Below are positions 1 through 8,553 of a DNA stretch of 64,000 nt, piece by piece (position 1 is the first letter of the stretch; each line of letters begins with the position of its first letter). The stretch covers positions 128,001 through 192,000 of the forward strand of contig CAWDDT010000011.1 in assembly GCA_963801165.1 (NCBI GenBank), given 5' to 3'. Under the pieces are notes generated by a model, which saw nothing but the letters and a program-made list of their open reading frames with translations, was not told where the DNA came from and did no database searches. Source of the DNA: an uncultured bacterium (GTDB lineage: Bacteria; Actinomycetota; Acidimicrobiia; Spongiisociales; UBA5794). Both the position numbers and the translations under genes were made by a program.

Positions 1-464
1 TTGAAGACACCGATCGACAGGTTGGCGAAACCGAGGATGAGACTGACCCGGGCAGGGATCCTCCAGAGCGATGCCAGCGGCCATCCCACGGCGATAAACA
101 GGAGGCCGAGTAGCAACGACGCCGCTGGACCTGCCAGCGTCACGGCTAGCTCATCAGACGGAGACTCGGCGTCGCCCTCGATCTCAGAGACACCACCGAA
201 AATGAACAGACGGATGCGGCGGACGGTGAACCCTCTCCGGATCGCAACCACCGAGTGGCTCAACTCATGCACAAAGATACTGCCGAAGAAGAGAACCCCA
301 CCGATGACGGCCGTTACCAGGAGCACATCGGAATCCGAATCGGGAAACACCTGATCGAGATCCACATACAGCGACCACGTCAGCAAAGAGGCGATGATGA
401 ACAGCGACAGGTCGGCGACTACCTCGACGCCGAGCACCGAACCGAGCCGGAAACCCCGCCGCAT
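1..464 (-). CDS. Site-2 protease (M50 family), 3' end truncated by the window edge
   Basis: Not in the ORF track. Manual translation from ATG 464: MRRGFRLGSVLGVEV...FVHELSHSVVA...LFIFGGVSEI...LAGPAAS...NLSIGVF. Has the HExxH motif. Confidence 0.85.
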   Translation of the reverse strand, partial: MRRGFRLGSVLGVEVVADLSLFIIASLLTWSLYVDLDQVFPDSDSDVLLVTAVIGGVLFFGSIFVHELSHSVVAIRRGFTVRRIRLFIFGGVSEIEGDAESPSDELAVTLAGPAASLLLGLLFIAVGWPLASLWRIPARVSLILGFANLSIGVF

Positions 465-473
465 CCGGAACCC

Positions 474-1484
474 CTAGCCGAGACGCAGCGACGAGCTGAC
501 ATCCACATTCCATGGGGTCACTTCGCCGCGCTCGAGCCGGAACTCGCCAGCCGCCGCAATCATCGCGCCGTTATCGGTGCACAGCGCCGGTGACGGAAGG
601 TGCAGGGCGACACCTCGCTTGTCCGCCTGCTCTTGAAGCTTCGCCCGCAATCGCCGGTTGGCGAGCACCCCGCCGCCACCCGCTACTCGCTGCACGCCGG
701 TCGCATCCACCGCGTTGAATGTTTTGGCAACCAGCACGTCGACGATGGCCTCCTGGACCGCGGCCGCCACATCCGGCAACGGTGGGACCGAGTTGGATGC
801 CTTGGCCTTCTCCAGATACGTCACAACCGACGTCTTCAATCCGGAGAACGAAAAGTGGTAGGGCCGGTCGGCGAGCGCGCGGGGGAACCGGATGCTATCC
901 GGGTCGCCGTCCTCGGCGGCCCGATCGATCGCAGGTCCACCGGGGAATCCAAGACCCATGAACCGGGCGATCTTGTCGAATGCCTCGCCGGCGGCGTCAT
1001 CAATCGTCGAACCGAGGACTTCGTAGTCCCCCCATCGTTTTGCGTACACGATCTGACTGTGACCGCCGGACGCCAGCAGCACGATCGCGGGTGGTTCGAA
1101 GCTGCCGTCCTCGAGACGGGGGGCAAACAGGTGCCCTTCCATGTGGTCGACACCTATGAACGGCGTTCCAAGCGCCCACGCCATGGCCTTGGCAAACGAG
1201 TAGCCGACCATCAGTGCCCCAACCAGACCGGGCCCGCGGGTAGCGGCCACGGCATCGAGCTGATCGGAATGCACACCCGCCTGACGAAGCGCGAGATGCA
1301 CCATCGGCCGGATCGCCTCGACATGGGCCCGGGCGGCAACCTCCGGCACCACACCACCGAATCGGGCGTGCGCATCGATTTGCGATGCCATTACCGAAGC
1401 CAGGATCTCATGGCCGCGCACGACGGCGACGCCGGTTTCGTCGCAGCTCGTCTCGACGCCGAGGATCAACGGTGAGTTACTCAT
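474..1484 (-). CDS. tsaD: tRNA threonylcarbamoyltransferase TsaD
   Basis: ILGVETSCDETG, HARFGGVVPEVAARAH, HMEGH, DDAAGEAFDK, CTDNGAMIA motifs. Confidence 0.97.
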   Translation of the reverse strand: MSNSPLILGVETSCDETGVAVVRGHEILASVMASQIDAHARFGGVVPEVAARAHVEAIRPMVHLALRQAGVHSDQLDAVAATRGPGLVGALMVGYSFAKAMAWALGTPFIGVDHMEGHLFAPRLEDGSFEPPAIVLLASGGHSQIVYAKRWGDYEVLGSTIDDAAGEAFDKIARFMGLGFPGGPAIDRAAEDGDPDSIRFPRALADRPYHFSFSGLKTSVVTYLEKAKASNSVPPLPDVAAAVQEAIVDVLVAKTFNAVDATGVQRVAGGGGVLANRRLRAKLQEQADKRGVALHLPSPALCTDNGAMIAAAGEFRLERGEVTPWNVDVSSSLRLG

Positions 1485-1992
1485 GGGTCTCCTGGAGGCC
1501 GGAACTGATCTGATCCAGCCGATCTGCGTAGTCGGGCTGGTCGATGTCGGTAGCCCACATGATGACGGCGTCGTCGTCGCGGTAATAGTGCTTGCGCAAA
1601 CCGACTGCAGTCAGCCCGAACCGCTCATACAGCCGCTGCGCCCCGGCGTTAGCCGCACGCACTTCCAACGTGAGGTTGCGAGCACCGCGGGCCAGACCAG
1701 CCCCGATCAGCTCCAGCATCAACCGTGAGCCGAGACCCCCCCGGCGGGAATCAGGGTGGACTGCCAGGGTGGTGACGTGAGCGTCCTCGGCGACGAGCAT
1801 CAACCCGGCGAACCCGACGGTGAGGCCGTCACGCTCGGCCACGACGTACACGCGGTCGTCAAGACTGAGCTCGTCACGGAAGATGCCCTCGCTCCAGGGC
1901 TGGGGATAGGTGATGCGCTCCAGCTCGAGAACAACCGGTATGTCGGCCATGGTCATAGGTCGGAAGGTGATTGCGGAAGCCACGGTCGTCAT
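1477..1992 (-). CDS. rimI: Ribosomal protein S18 alanine N-acetyltransferase
   Basis: GNAT motifs AHVTTLAV, LEVRAAN, RKHYY; lies between tsaB and tsaD; ATG 1992 overlaps the tsaB stop. Confidence 0.92.
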   Translation of the reverse strand: MTTVASAITFRPMTMADIPVVLELERITYPQPWSEGIFRDELSLDDRVYVVAERDGLTVGFAGLMLVAEDAHVTTLAVHPDSRRGGLGSRLMLELIGAGLARGARNLTLEVRAANAGAQRLYERFGLTAVGLRKHYYRDDDAVIMWATDIDQPDYADRLDQISSGLQETHE

Positions 1993-2705
1993 CCCGCCGC
2001 TCCCGGCCACACGCCCTCCTCGCGGAAATCGCTCCAGTTGATTTGAGCATCCGGCTCTCTCATGTACAACGGGCGCACGTCCTCAGGCCTTACGTAGTCG
2101 TCCCGACTGGCTTTGAGGTGAGCGATCTCGAGCAGGACATCGGCCGAGGGGTAGCGGGGGCGACCCTTCTTCGATCTGTGCAGACCGCGCATCACCGCGG
2201 CGGGAAAGCCGGCGGTATCACCGATGAGAAGCGTATCGACGGAATCGCTCTCCACCAGGTTGTGTAACCCCTCGGCGGTAACGACCTCGGCCGGCCCATC
2301 GGGAGCTACACCGCCCGGTACCGGCTGGAACGGACGGGTGGCGTACTGGCCACGGCGAACATCGACAACGGGCCAGATCCGGCGCCGTCCGGTGGCCGCC
2401 CGCACCGCCAGCGCGGTCAGCGAACTGACAGTCACCATTGGTGCGCCCACCGCAGCGGCGATGGCCTGTGCAGTGGCGATGCCGGCGCGAATCCCCGTGA
2501 ACAGACCGGGGCCAATGTCGACGGCGACCACGTCGATGTCGGAGGGCTGCCACCCGGACGAGTTGAATATGAAATCGATCGCAGGCATCAGGAAGCCACC
2601 GTGGCCGCGCCGGTCCACGCGCACCGACATGGCAACGAGCTCGCTACCGACGCCGAGGGCAACCGAGGATCCGCTTGTGGCGGTATCTATGGCAAGGATC
2701 TTCAC
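1989..2705 (-). CDS. tsaB: t6A biosynthesis protein TsaB
   Basis: ILAIDTAT, GPGLFTGIRAG, C-terminal PLYMREPDA; GTG start overlaps the tsaE stop. Confidence 0.93.
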   Translation of the reverse strand: MKILAIDTATSGSSVALGVGSELVAMSVRVDRRGHGGFLMPAIDFIFNSSGWQPSDIDVVAVDIGPGLFTGIRAGIATAQAIAAAVGAPMVTVSSLTALAVRAATGRRRIWPVVDVRRGQYATRPFQPVPGGVAPDGPAEVVTAEGLHNLVESDSVDTLLIGDTAGFPAAVMRGLHRSKKGRPRYPSADVLLEIAHLKASRDDYVRPEDVRPLYMREPDAQINWSDFREEGVWPGAAG

Positions 2706-3154
2706 AGCTTCAATTCTCCCAGGGGACGCTGCAGCCAGGAACCGGACGGCAGGAACCGGAACAGGCGGTCGGAGTCTCCCGTTATGTCGATACGCACCAC
2801 GAGGTGATCTTCGGGCACACCATAGGCAACGACGTCGCCCCATTCGATGAGCAGCACCCCATCGCGGGCCTGCTCGGGAAGGTCGAGATCCTCGAATTCG
2901 GCGCTCGTACCCAACCGGTACACATCGGCGTGCACCACAGGGAAGAACCCTTCGTGTACGCGCGCCAGGACAAACGACGGACTGGTCATTTGTTCCTCGA
3001 CACCGAGCCCGTCACCGACACCGGCCGCGAACACTGTCTTGCCTGCACCCAACCGACCCGAGAGCAGAACAACATCGCCGGCGCGCAACAATCCGGCCAG
3101 ATGACGACCCAACGCCAGTGTCTCGCTGGGATTCGCAGTCGCGATTTCGATCAA
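2702..3154 (-). CDS. tsaE: t6A ATPase TsaE
   Basis: GRLGAGKT P-loop, TSPSF, HADVYRL, LIEWG. Confidence 0.96.
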   Translation of the reverse strand: MIEIATANPSETLALGRHLAGLLRAGDVVLLSGRLGAGKTVFAAGVGDGLGVEEQMTSPSFVLARVHEGFFPVVHADVYRLGTSAEFEDLDLPEQARDGVLLIEWGDVVAYGVPEDHLVVRIDITGDSDRLFRFLPSGSWLQRPLGELKL

Positions 3155-3813
3155 TTGAACAGGTCCAGTTGCTCGGGGTCGGGGTCCGGTCCCTCCGGCT
3201 CGTTGGCCGGCTCCTCCGGACGTCTCGTGAGCTTACCGTCGATTACGGCGCGAATTATCTGAAAGTCCTCGCGCATCTCGTCGAGCACACGGGCACTACC
3301 ACGCAACGCTGCGGCCGGGTGGAAGGTCGGTACGAGCAGCCTCCCCCACCATTCGTAGGCGTTCCCCCGCAACCGGGTGATCCCCTTGTCGGTCCTCAGC
3401 AACAACTTCGACGCAAAGTTCCCGAGCGTCACCGCAACCATGGGCTGGATCAGCTCGAGCTGTGTGCGCAGATACCCCTTGCAGGCGTCGATCTCATCAG
3501 GTCGCGGATCGCGGTTCTTGGGAGGGCGGCACTTGACCACGTTTGCGATGTACACATCGCCTCTGGTCAGCCCGATCTCTCCTAGTAGTTGCTCGAGCAA
3601 CTGACCCGACCTACCCACAAACGGGAGGCCCTGCTCGTCCTCTTGCTGGCCCGGCCCCTCCCCGACGAACATCACATCGGCATCGGGGTTGCCCGATCCG
3701 AACACCACATTGCTCCTCGTCTCGGAGAGCCGGCACCTGGTGCACACATTCGCCTCGGACGCCAGAATCTCCAACGCCCCGACGCGCTCTGCGGCGGGTC
3801 TGGCGTCAGTCAT
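3151..3813 (-). CDS. Uracil-DNA glycosylase family 4
   Basis: CTRCRL, GEGPG..ED..GLPFVGRSG, NVVKCRPP, TFHPAA. Confidence 0.93.
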   Translation of the reverse strand: MTDARPAAERVGALEILASEANVCTRCRLSETRSNVVFGSGNPDADVMFVGEGPGQQEDEQGLPFVGRSGQLLEQLLGEIGLTRGDVYIANVVKCRPPKNRDPRPDEIDACKGYLRTQLELIQPMVAVTLGNFASKLLLRTDKGITRLRGNAYEWWGRLLVPTFHPAAALRGSARVLDEMREDFQIIRAVIDGKLTRRPEEPANEPEGPDPDPEQLDLFN

Positions 3814-4717
3814 CGCTCACCGCCCGAATCCCTGCCAGCGATGTCGCATGTACCACGGAGCTGATAACCGCGGCGGCGGTGGCTTTGAACGCGGTCTCGC
3901 CGAGCAGGTCGAGGTCGACCTCCTCCTCGCCACAAGACACGGCGAACACGACATCACCGTCGTAGCGGGTGTGGGCAGGGCGGATGGTCGCAGCGAGCGC
4001 GTCGTGGCTGCGCACGATGAGCCGCAGCAGATCCGATTTGTTGAGCTTGGCGTCGGTGGCGAGGGCAACCAACGTCGTGTTCTCGCGGGTTCCCATCTTC
4101 GCAGGGGCCTGCAGCGTGGGACCACCGGTGATCCAGTTTCCGTGCAGATCGACGATGTCGCCGACCGCGTTGACCGCGGTGAGGACCCCGAGCGTCACCG
4201 AGCCGACGCGGGTTGCCGCCGACCCGATACCGGCCTTTCTGATGTTCACGCCGCCGGTCCACTTGGAGACGGTTGCCCCCGTGCCCGCCCCGACCGTGCC
4301 CAGTGGCACGGGCCTCGCCGAGCGAGCGCGGAACGCGGCAGCACCGTGCTCGGCACGCGGCGGGGAGTTCTCGCCGACGAACAGGTCGTAGAGGATCGCG
4401 GCAGGGACGATCGGGACCGGGCCGGCCGGGGTGGGATGACCACGTCCGAGCGACGCTAGCTCTTGCATCACCCCGTCGGCTGCCGCCAGCCCGAATGCAG
4501 ACCCGCCGGAGAAGACCAACGCCTGTATGGTCTCCACCTTCATACTCGGCGCCAGCAGGGCCGTTTCCCTGGTGCCCGGGGCCCCGCCCCGAGCCTCGAA
4601 CGCCGCCAGGTTTGGCTCCGGCAGGTTGATAACGGTCACCCCGGTGGCTGCGTCGAGATCGGTCCAGTGGCCGACCTCGACGCCGGGGACGGCTGTGATC
4701 GTGTCGTTACTCTCCAC
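3806..4717 (-). CDS. P1/S58 family peptidase (DmpA-like)
   Basis: ITAVPGVEVGH, RGGAPGTRET, GGSAFGL, GAGTGA, ENTTL, PAHTRYDGD; start placed at GTG 4717. Confidence 0.88.
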   Translation of the reverse strand: MESNDTITAVPGVEVGHWTDLDAATGVTVINLPEPNLAAFEARGGAPGTRETALLAPSMKVETIQALVFSGGSAFGLAAADGVMQELASLGRGHPTPAGPVPIVPAAILYDLFVGENSPPRAEHGAAAFRARSARPVPLGTVGAGTGATVSKWTGGVNIRKAGIGSAATRVGSVTLGVLTAVNAVGDIVDLHGNWITGGPTLQAPAKMGTRENTTLVALATDAKLNKSDLLRLIVRSHDALAATIRPAHTRYDGDVVFAVSCGEEEVDLDLLGETAFKATAAAVISSVVHATSLAGIRAVSDD

Positions 4718-5822
4718 AACCGCTCCGATAGTGTCTCGGCAAGCGGGGACCGAAGTTGCACACGACCTCATATGTGATGGTGTTCATCCACTCCGCCCAC
4801 TCCTCGGCGGTCACCGACCCCAGCCCCTGGGTACCCATCACCACGACCTCATCACCCGCCTCGACCTCGTCTGCACCGACATCGACGACGATCTGGTCCA
4901 TCGTCACGGTCCCGGCGAACGGGTAGCGCTTGCCGCCGATGAGCACCTCGCCACCGACGCTGGACAGAAGCCGGTAGACGCCGTCGGCATAGCCGATCGG
5001 TACGGTGGCCACCGTGCCGTCGGCGGGCATGGAACGGCGTCTGCCGTAAGAAGGCCGGGCTCCGGCCGGCAGCCAGCGCGTGAATGAGACGGCCGACATC
5101 ACCCGCATCGCCGGACGGAGGTCCATCTCGGGGACAATGTCGGGAGCAGGACGAAGCCCATAAATGCCGAGTCCGGCGCGAACCATCGAGTAGCGCGCCT
5201 GATCGAACATCAACCCGCCTGCAGTGTTGGCGGCGTGGAGCATCGGCGGCTCGATGCCCCGGTCGGCGAGCGTGGCGACGAAGTCATCGAAACGTGCGAT
5301 CTGCTTCCTGGTGTAGTCGGGGTCCTCGTCGGCTACCGAGAAGTGCGTCCAGACTCCCTGCAAGTGGAGCCGGGGGTGCCGATGGATGAACTCGGCCAGC
5401 TCCAATGCGCTGTCGGGCGGGGCCCCCACCCGGTGCATGCCCGTGTCCACCTTGAGATGAACGGGGAGGATGGCATCGTCGGCAACGTGGGAGGCAAGCA
5501 GCTCGGCAAACGTGTGCCGGTACACCGTCGGCACGAGGTTCCACTGCACCGCCAGCGGCGCCTCCTCCTTGGTGGGCTCGGAGAGGAGGAGGATCGGGAC
5601 GTCGATGCCGGCCTCGCGGAGCCTGATGCCCTCTTCGACGAGCGCCACTGCCAACCATTGCGCACCGCCCTCGAGCGCCATCTCGGCAGCCGGGACGTCT
5701 CCGTGGCCATAACCGTCCGCCTTGACCACAGCACACAGCATCGCAGGCGCCACAGCGTCCGCAATGAGGCGTGCGTTGTGCCTGATGGCATTCAGATCTA
5801 CCTCGACATGCGATGGTCTCAC
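4707..5822 (-). CDS. alr: Alanine racemase
   Basis: AVVKADGYGHG PLP lysine, HLKVDTGMHRVG, PIGYADG, TMDQ. Confidence 0.96.
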   Translation of the reverse strand: MRPSHVEVDLNAIRHNARLIADAVAPAMLCAVVKADGYGHGDVPAAEMALEGGAQWLAVALVEEGIRLREAGIDVPILLLSEPTKEEAPLAVQWNLVPTVYRHTFAELLASHVADDAILPVHLKVDTGMHRVGAPPDSALELAEFIHRHPRLHLQGVWTHFSVADEDPDYTRKQIARFDDFVATLADRGIEPPMLHAANTAGGLMFDQARYSMVRAGLGIYGLRPAPDIVPEMDLRPAMRVMSAVSFTRWLPAGARPSYGRRRSMPADGTVATVPIGYADGVYRLLSSVGGEVLIGGKRYPFAGTVTMDQIVVDVGADEVEAGDEVVVMGTQGLGSVTAEEWAEWMNTITYEVVCNFGPRLPRHYRSGCGE

Positions 5823-7228
5823 AGGAACTCCCCGATGCTGTCTACCAACCCCGTTGCGGTGAGCGTACGTCTCGAGGCTAGATCGGCGCCGGCAACCCCG
5901 TGCCAGAACGCACCTGATCTGGCAGCCGTCTCACCGTCGAGACCACGAGCCCACAACGCCGAGACAACGCCGGCAAGCACGTCGCCGGTTCCGATCGTCG
6001 CCAGCTCGGGGCCGCCCGTGGTGACCACCCACTGCTCGGCTCCCAGAACAAACGTGGGGTTTCCCTTGAGCAGGACGACTGCACCGGTCTCGTCGGGGAC
6101 GGCCATCGCCGCCTGGTATGTCGCCTCCTCCCCGGTGAGCCGTTTGAACTCTCCGGCGTGCGGGGTGATGACGGTGGGATGATCACGCTGCGACAGCGGG
6201 TCCGTGCCGCCGAGGTTGTTGAGCCCATCGGCGTCGATGAGAAGCCGGCCTGCACGCCTGGCGACGATCTCTCTACAGAAACCGTCATCCTCACCGAGAC
6301 CGGGGCCGAGGACCACAACGTCGAAGCGGTCCGTATACGCCAGCACCCCATCGACGTCGCTCTTGGTGAAGCGGTCACCGTCGCCGATGCCCCTCGTCAG
6401 CAGCCCCGGATTCAACGCGGCCACCTGCGCTTGCATGGCTCCCGGGCAGACAACTGCGGCGCTGCCCGCTCCGGCCTGTAGCGCCGCGCTCGCCGCCAGG
6501 ACGCCGGCACCGACCATCCCCCGGCTGCTGCCCACGACGGCCACGGACCCGGCCGACCACTTGTGATCCGTCCGTTTCCTGGCCGGCACTGGTGCGTCTT
6601 CTGCCTCGCACAGTCTCAGCTCGGGCTCACCACCACGCAACCCGATGTCAACGATCTCGACGGCACCGCAACGCTCGGGACCTTCGCCAAGCAGATGACC
6701 GGGCTTGAGGGCATGGAATGTGACCGTTACGTCGGAGATGAACGACCCGCCTTCTACCTCCCCGGTGGCAGCCTGGAGCCCGCTCGGGACGTCCACGGCC
6801 AGCACCGCCGCGTCATGGTCGAGCCATGGTTCCACTCCGGCCGGCAGCTTGCCCCGAAACCCGACGCCGAAGAGAGCATCGATGATCAGATCGGCGGGCT
6901 CCGGATCACCCAGGTGGACCACTCTCACCCCGGACGCCGCCGCCCTGATCGCGGCGATCCGTGCCGCCGAGTAGTCGCCGCGGGGATAACCGAGGGCGTG
7001 AACGGTGACCGCGGCGCCCCGCCTGGCCAGGTAGCGGGCAGCGACATAGCCATCTCCGCCATTGTTGCCCGTGCCTGCCAGCACGATGACCCGCGATCCG
7101 TACCCGACACCCATCCCCGCCGCGGCCAGCGCCACCCCCACGCCGGCCCGCTCCATGAGAACCTCGACCGACTCCTCGGATGCGGCGTCGAGCCGATTCG
7201 ACTCCTCAGGGGTGATGACGAGACGCAT
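5819..7228 (-). CDS. nnr: Bifunctional NAD(P)HX epimerase/dehydratase
   Basis: LMERAG, GNNGGDG, DALFG, DADG, TPHAGEF, GTGDVLAG. Confidence 0.93.
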   Translation of the reverse strand: MRLVITPEESNRLDAASEESVEVLMERAGVGVALAAAGMGVGYGSRVIVLAGTGNNGGDGYVAARYLARRGAAVTVHALGYPRGDYSAARIAAIRAAASGVRVVHLGDPEPADLIIDALFGVGFRGKLPAGVEPWLDHDAAVLAVDVPSGLQAATGEVEGGSFISDVTVTFHALKPGHLLGEGPERCGAVEIVDIGLRGGEPELRLCEAEDAPVPARKRTDHKWSAGSVAVVGSSRGMVGAGVLAASAALQAGAGSAAVVCPGAMQAQVAALNPGLLTRGIGDGDRFTKSDVDGVLAYTDRFDVVVLGPGLGEDDGFCREIVARRAGRLLIDADGLNNLGGTDPLSQRDHPTVITPHAGEFKRLTGEEATYQAAMAVPDETGAVVLLKGNPTFVLGAEQWVVTTGGPELATIGTGDVLAGVVSALWARGLDGETAARSGAFWHGVAGADLASRRTLTATGLVDSIGEFL

Positions 7229-7234
7229 CCGCCG

Positions 7235-7240
7235 AGTTTA
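7235..7240 (-). promoter_or_regulatory. -10 box of a probable leaderless nnr transcript
   Basis: TAAACT-CGGCGG-ATG, no SD. Confidence 0.55.
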
Positions 7241-7324
7241 GGTCGGTGGCGCGAAGAGCCTTTGCTAAGCCTCGATCCACCGTTGCGGATCGCCGGATCC
7301 TCCTCCCCAATCCGAGGATCGAGG

Positions 7325-8134
7325 CTAGGGGAGGGTCAGGCCACCGCAGTCGAACTGGCCCAGAACCCCGGCCTGCTCTTCGGTGAGCGCGTCGGTAACG
7401 ACCTGCTGGGAGACCAGATCCGAACCGGTGACCGTGTAGTCCTCGTAGCCGCCCGCGAAGGTGGTTTCGTCGGTCCGCTGGGCAAACGTGCGTCGCACGA
7501 TCCCGTCACCTGCGCAACTCAAGCCCGAGACCGCGCCCACTGAGGCACCGACAGGAAACACCGTGTGGGCCCCGTTGACCGTCACCGGCGTGACAACACA
7601 TGCGGCGACGTCGAAGATCCCAACGTGGGTGGTCGAGGCGCCCGCACCTACGGTGAGGAACGCCTCCGCGGTGCCGTCGCCGTCGATATCAAAGCCTCCG
7701 ATCGGGCGCGGCGGGGCGAAGTCCATGACATCCTCGATCGTGGCGTCTGCCCCTCCTCCGTCGGCAAAGATCACCCGGAGCCGCCAATTGTCGGCCGCCA
7801 CCTGGTAGGTGAGCAGATCATCGCTGGTCCCGTCACCGTCGAAATCGCCCGAACCGCCCGCAAAAACCAACGTGCCTTCCGGGAGCGCCACCGGCAGCGG
7901 GCACACCGTCACCCCCATCGAGATCGTTGTTGTCGTCGTCGTTGTTGTCGAGGTCGTTGTTGTCGACGTCGTTGCTACCGTCGTTGTCGTGGGGCTGCTT
8001 GCGGCCGTTGTCGCCGCGGCAACGGTGGTCGAGGTGACCGGAGGGACACGAGACGTGGTTGTGGGCTCTGCTCCTCCACCACACCCGGCATCGATGAGCG
8101 CAGCCAGGAGCGCGAGGGCTGCGAGACGATGCAT
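7325..8134 (-). CDS. Putative lipoprotein with Thr-rich linker and DxDGDG Ca-binding-like motifs
   Basis: Signal peptide ending AGC, poly-Thr tract, GDFDGDG and DIDGDG. Confidence 0.7.
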   Translation of the reverse strand: MHRLAALALLAALIDAGCGGGAEPTTTSRVPPVTSTTVAAATTAASSPTTTTVATTSTTTTSTTTTTTTTISMGVTVCPLPVALPEGTLVFAGGSGDFDGDGTSDDLLTYQVAADNWRLRVIFADGGGADATIEDVMDFAPPRPIGGFDIDGDGTAEAFLTVGAGASTTHVGIFDVAACVVTPVTVNGAHTVFPVGASVGAVSGLSCAGDGIVRRTFAQRTDETTFAGGYEDYTVTGSDLVSQQVVTDALTEEQAGVLGQFDCGGLTLP

Positions 8135-8137
8135 CGT

Positions 8138-8512
8138 TCAACCTCCCAGCGAGAGGGCCATCACCAACGCCTGGCCACCGGCGTGGGTGATAGTGACCAT
8201 GACGCGTTCAACACCGATCATCTCGGCCCGGCGCGCTGCCTTGCCGGACAGCCGCACCCGCGGGGCACCACCACCGGTTATCTCGATGTCCTGCCACGGA
8301 ACGTGTCTCCACCCGACGCCGAGACTCTTCATGACCGCCTCCTTGCCGGCGAACCGCGCCGCCAACCGCTCCGCCGGATCCTTGTAGCGGTGGGCGTATT
8401 CCCACTCATGATCGGTGAAACACCGGTCTCTGAACCGCTCGCCGTCCTTGACGAGCAGATGCCGCACTCGATCGACCTCGGCCAGGTCGACACCCATGCC
8501 CACTATCTCCAT
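8138..8512 (-). CDS. acpS: Holo-ACP synthase
   Basis: GMGVDL, LAARFAGKEAVMKSLG, TITH; start ATG 8512 with TACGCT 6 nt upstream (leaderless). Confidence 0.94.
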   Translation of the reverse strand: MEIVGMGVDLAEVDRVRHLLVKDGERFRDRCFTDHEWEYAHRYKDPAERLAARFAGKEAVMKSLGVGWRHVPWQDIEITGGGAPRVRLSGKAARRAEMIGVERVMVTITHAGGQALVMALSLGG

Positions 8513-8553
8513 CCGCAAAGCGTACAGAGCACAACCGATTATCGAGCGATTTG

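Noticed and set aside
7915-8065. GTC/GTT trinucleotide-like run
   Set aside because: It encodes the Thr-rich linker of the lipoprotein; ordinary low complexity.
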